Shown here: in pieces, positions 60,301-64,000 of the stretch
Numbering within the stretch: the stretch's first letter is position 1
Layout: every line of letters begins with the position of its first letter
The notes under the pieces: generated by a model
Seen by the model: only the letters and a program-made list of their open reading frames with translations
What the model was told of the DNA's origin: nothing
Databases searched by the model: none
NCBI GenBank assembly: GCA_905178155.1
Contig: CAJINV010000009.1
Span: 3,027,471-3,091,470 of the forward strand
Length of the DNA: 64,000 bases
DNA from: Amoebophrya sp. A120
Taxonomy: Eukaryota; Protista; Dinoflagellata
Direction of reading: 5' to 3'
Position numbers and translations under genes: made by a program

Positions 60301-61801
60301 ATGCTATCTTTGGACTGTGAAAAAAAATTATATTGCATGACCAGCAAGAGGAGTACAGTTTGTGCTACGCTGGGAGGGGATTCCTCATGCGGAATAGGCA
60401 TCAGGAAGCCCGCGCAAAATCTCTGATGCTAGGGCATGCATCACAGACCTCATGGGCCACGCAAAATATGCATGACAAACTCCTGTAATCTTCCAGACCC
60501 AGACATTTTTGCAATCCATAAGGAAGGCCGAAACACGACTTGTCAAAATGGGTGTGCACCGCCTTCGGGAAAATCAGGTTCGCGAGTAGGGAATGCTGTT
60601 TTAGTAGATTTTCATTTTTTGTTCCACCATTTCATGCGGATCGATGATGATGATGAACTTAGCTTGCTGACAGAAGTCAGGATGTTTGTCATGCACGAGG
60701 ACTACAACACACAGCTATAAGAAAATCGCCAAACATCAAATTCGGTACCAAATAAGCATCCTTTTCCCCCTCCGACAGGAGTGGAAGGCTCCCGTTCCCG
60801 GGCAGACTATCCATTTTGCCGATCTCATGCTTGTATGCAATGCAAAAGCATCGTACTAGTATATATAAATTGCAATACAAATTAGTCCTGCATTACAAAT
60901 TAAATTTGTAATGCTGATTTATCTTGAGAAACAGATTTGGAATGCATAAGTGCGATTACTACGAGCACTACGATACTTTTGCACAGGATAGCTTGATCTG
61001 CTCCAGCGACTCGCTGTAGAGACCCACTATGGGAAGAAAAAAGTGTTACAGTGACGCCTTGTGGTCTTGCAAAACCGGCGACACAGACAACCTTTCTCAT
61101 GCAGGAAATGCTTTGGAGCCTCGTTTCCTTCCTGTTTTCCCTTATAACTTGTGCATTGCAAGTTTTCTGCTCTGTTATGCGGAGAAAACTTGTGATGCTG
61201 AAGTTGCAGCAAGGGTGGAACTGTAACACTTTCTTCGTGGGATACCCACCGGCTTTCGGATATTCTTGATAAAGTCCGCCTTGGAAAGTGTTGGACAGTA
61301 TGAAAAGGAAAAAAAAGTTCGTGTCTTGATCAGAAAATCTTCCTCTTTGAACGCATTTGCATAATACTTCTTTTCAACATACACGACTAATTACACCAAG
61401 GGCCCGGACAAAACACGCACAGGAGTGGTCATACTCAATCATAATCTTACTTGTTAGCCATGCATTCTCACAGCATGAATTTTCGGTGGCAAGACACGTG
61501 CGAAAATAAATGATTTCGTCTTGCATAAGTGCTCAAAAGTTTCCAGTTCCGGTTTCAAATCGAAGCCGGAAAAGTGACGCACTTGCACTTGTGGTCTACC
61601 GTGGCCGCTTCTCTGGAGACCCTCCACGCGGCGGCCATTAATATGCCCTGGAACAAACAGTCTGGTCGTGCTCGACGAACTGAAGCCGGCGACTGAAGTT
61701 GCGGCAGCGGGAGAAAAACTGCGGAGCCTGCTAGAACTTTCTCTTTGCTGGAGTGCAGCGCGCCGGGCAAAGCCGGCGGTCACTACCGTGGTGCTTGCCA
61801 T
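48365..61801 (-). CDS. 2-oxoacid dehydrogenase E1alpha-E1beta-(lipoyl)2-E2 fusion protein, probably mitochondrion-targeted; about 30 introners plus several GT-AG introns
   Basis: Spliced motifs in order: Ser/Arg/Ala-rich N-terminus; TPP motif GDTG...NANNSAIS; FRPGGHASD; HQENH...RGGVY; two EVESDKATIEITSP lipoyl domains with Ala/Pro linkers; LSRFQQAMVKNM; NIGCAIDV...LRTAVIKDA; FTVSSLG; ILGVGR; LTLTVCHATLTG; stop at 48365-48367. Confidence 0.85.
50398..50815 (-). other. Canonical GT-AG intron containing an introner (50559-50810)
   Basis: GAAG|gtata ... aacag|GTGTT joins to ...KSEGVSPVIV. Confidence 0.65.
52369..52522 (-). other. Canonical GT-AG intron
   Basis: GCG|gtactt ... ctctag|GCT joins in frame to ...PAGAAPAAA. 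Confidence 0.7.
56188..56391 (-). other. Canonical GT-AG intron
   Basis: AAAG|gtatga ... cacag|GTCCC joins to ...VFVKGPHTIF. Confidence 0.75.
57314..57484 (-). other. Canonical GT-AG intron
   Basis: GCAG|gtactt ... caaag|GTATG joins to ...KKFAGMGSEIY. Confidence 0.75.
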
Positions 61802-62990
61802 GGTTAGATTTGCGTCTTTACCCAGAAATGTTGGTCATTTTCGTTTTAAAAAATCATAGTTTTTCATACCGTCGCTCTGTAGTTGTCAGTAACAGAATTT
61901 ATTTTGGCGCAATAAGCGAGGTTCTTGTGTACCGTTCTCAAATAATCGCGGTGAATTCTGTCTCTCAGGTAGAAGTAGATCTTTAGGTGCTTTTACTTGA
62001 TGACCAGCTTTTGTCACCGTCGTCCCACTTACATGTGACGACCACGACGCCTCAAACAGCTATAGAAAATTGATTGAATTTGTTATGTAAAAATGCGTTG
62101 TTCGTCGTCCAAAAATCTATCAGGACTCCTTGTTTCTCGGAAAAAATCCCATAGTACCTCAGAAAACCACAACTCTCGTAGTGCGTGAGTAGTTTAGTCC
62201 TGATATGCGGCGCATAATTGAAACATCTTCCTCACGTCTAAATGTTTCCTCTCGTCCTCGTCACTACACTCAAAAATAAGTACTAGCCTACTCGTAATTG
62301 CTCTTATTGACAACTCACTTGTTTTTTCGTAGCGTTTCCCTAAATAGTACTTCGTATCAAAAGAAATTGATATCACCCTTTCTTTCCGGGTGCCAGCACT
62401 ATTGCTAGCGTTAACAGGACAGATTTTTTTCGTTCCTAAAGGAGCCGACATTTTCTTAATAAAACAGGAACCAGAAGAAGAACCTCCTGCCTCTACTAAG
62501 GTGTGCTTCCGCGGCCCAGATGTATCGTGATCTTCCACAGACAACAGGTTCCGAATCTACCAAACCGACCACCTCTTTCCTGCACTACATTGCAATTTCC
62601 GTAAGTAGTAAGTACATCACTCAAGATGGTGCATCTTTGTTTTCTGTGACTACGGGCTGTAGTCCTTGTTCATTCCAACCGACAGTGGAAGAAAGTGGTT
62701 TGATTTACTTCAGCCCTGGAAAGAATCTGATCACCAATAGATACCGAGCGGTTGATGCGGTTGTTGTAGTCAACATAGCAGAAAAAACAGATACTGCAGA
62801 CAGAGTTTTGGTGTCGACATTGACATTCCGTGTACCTCACTGTAACGCGCTGCCACGCATGACAAGTTTTTTTCATGCTTTTGAGTTGCGTATTCCCCAT
62901 TAGAAACTGCGTTTTTGCATAACAGGGAGAAAGAGCTCTTCGCGGCCACGCAATACAGAGCTCAGAGTCATGCCAGACTAGCATGACAAA

Positions 62991-64000
62991 CAAGGTCCGA
63001 GCACGGGGGCTGGGGCCCCCGTGCAGAGACCTTGCATCTTTGGAGGGCATTGGGCGGTCCGTCGGAGCAGTTTCCGAGGCCGGGCGGGCTTGCTCCTCGC
63101 GACATTCGAACGCAACCGCCACGGGGACGCGCGTCGCGAAGTAGAGGAATGGCCAGCGCCGCGCCATCCCCAGCGGGCTACCACATAGGGCGCCCCGATG
63201 GGCGCCCGAGGAGTGGCGCGCTCGCTTCCACTTGCAGGACTCCGACACCGGCCTGCAAGCTGATGGCAGGCGTTTGGAAGTCGGCGCCGGGCTATTGGGC
63301 GCCGCTGCCTGGCGGCCCTACTTCAGGAGAGAAGCGCTGGGCGGGCGGCCTAACTTCTAAAAGCCGGCGGCATACCTGCGGAAGGAAGCGGCCCCCAGCC
63401 TTGCGGAAGTCGCCGCCCGGCTTTTCTTTGGCCAATGCGGCCGCGCTTTTGGATGTCTGCGCCGGCCGGAATCCCGCAAGCCGCCGACCAACGTCGCGAG
63501 GCCGGTCCCGGATTTCTGAAAGCGCTGGCGGGCTTTTGGAAGCTAGCCGGCGGAAGACGTTGGCAGCCCGCTCGTCCGTGTCCCCCTGCCAGTCTCCGCG
63601 GGAAACCGGGCAGGCAACGCCGTCGGCCGCTCGACTCTTTCTCTGCGAAGCTTCGGGCCGCGGTTTTCGTCCGTGTCCCCGTGCCAGTTCGCGCGCGAAG
63701 CCATGCACTGCCTTCGCCATACTCTGGAGAGCCTCTGGCCATGGTTTTGCTCCGTGTGCCCACGCCAGCTGGCGCGAGAAACCCAACCGGGCACAGCCTG
63801 CGCCCAAGTGTGAGAAACTAAGCGCAGGCCGCGGCCTTGCCCCATGTCCTCAAGCCAGTCTGCGCGAGAAAGCGGGCAGGCACCGCCTTCGCCCGGCTGA
63901 TTCTGCGAAGCTTCGGGCCGCACTTTTGCGCCGTGCACCCCCATGCCAGTTTGCGGGAGAAACCAGGCACCGCCCTCGCCCAATTCTGGGGGGGGGAGCG
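62991..64000 (-). mobile_element. GC-rich Helitron-like element truncating an introner; continues beyond the window
   Basis: Family A introner body stops at gcatgacaaa (62990); 10-bp-stem hairpin gcacgggggc-tggg-gcccccgtgc lies 10 nt from the junction; minus-strand end is CTTG|T (not strict CTRR); internal ctgcgaagcttcgggccgc repeat. Confidence 0.45.

Larger units (their letters stand above)
48382..61244. mobile_element. Cluster of about 30 introners inside the dehydrogenase gene
   Basis: Examples: 48382-48702 gtctc; 48755-49039 tcgcg; 51178-51439 cgctc; 51970-52238 tctgc; 52894-53108 gatct; 53631-53887 aactt; 54024-54285 gccgg; 54363-54637 ccacg; 55835-56108 tgctc; 60257-60520 aggaa; 61028-61244 cccac. 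Confidence 0.93.

Noticed and set aside
183-61244. CRISPR-like array of recurring ~30-bp repeats (ttccagacccagacatttttgcatttgata)
   Set aside because: The repeats come as inverted pairs bounding 250-280 bp elements with 5-bp duplications, spacing is irregular, and no cas genes are visible.
13-61300. Many short ORFs containing FQTQT, MSGSG, VWVWK, LPDPDIF or YGEGG
   Set aside because: These are translations of the TIRs in different frames, not proteins.
1-64000. Dinoflagellate spliced-leader relics upstream of intronless genes
   Set aside because: No CCGTAGCCATTTTGGCTCAAG-like match noticed on either strand; a by-eye search could miss degenerate copies.

Overview
Eukaryotic genomic DNA, most consistent with a Syndiniales dinoflagellate such as Amoebophrya (inference). 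Every credible gene lies on the minus strand. The dominant feature is about 80 short (150-335 bp) non-coding elements from at least eight terminal-inverted-repeat (TIR) families. Nearly all begin TAT and end ATA, are flanked by 5-bp direct repeats, share an internal GCATNACAA motif and interrupt coding sequence in either orientation. At the junctions I checked, removing an element plus one 5-mer restores the reading frame although there is no GT-AG, so they behave as non-canonical introns (introners). Manual splicing of 48.4-61.8 kb yields one 2-oxoacid dehydrogenase polypeptide fusing E1alpha, E1beta, two lipoyl domains and an E2 core. Other mobile elements nest inside the introners: non-LTR-like inserts with 8-20 bp duplications and Helitron-like GC-rich elements. 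Two introner-poor zones carry intronless ORFs, a GHKL ATPase and two paralogous repeat-plus-PD-(D/E)XK-like proteins, next to GC-rich tandem arrays. There is also a 766-bp triplication and a 670-nt assembly gap. All coordinates and counts were read by eye and may be off by a few bases.
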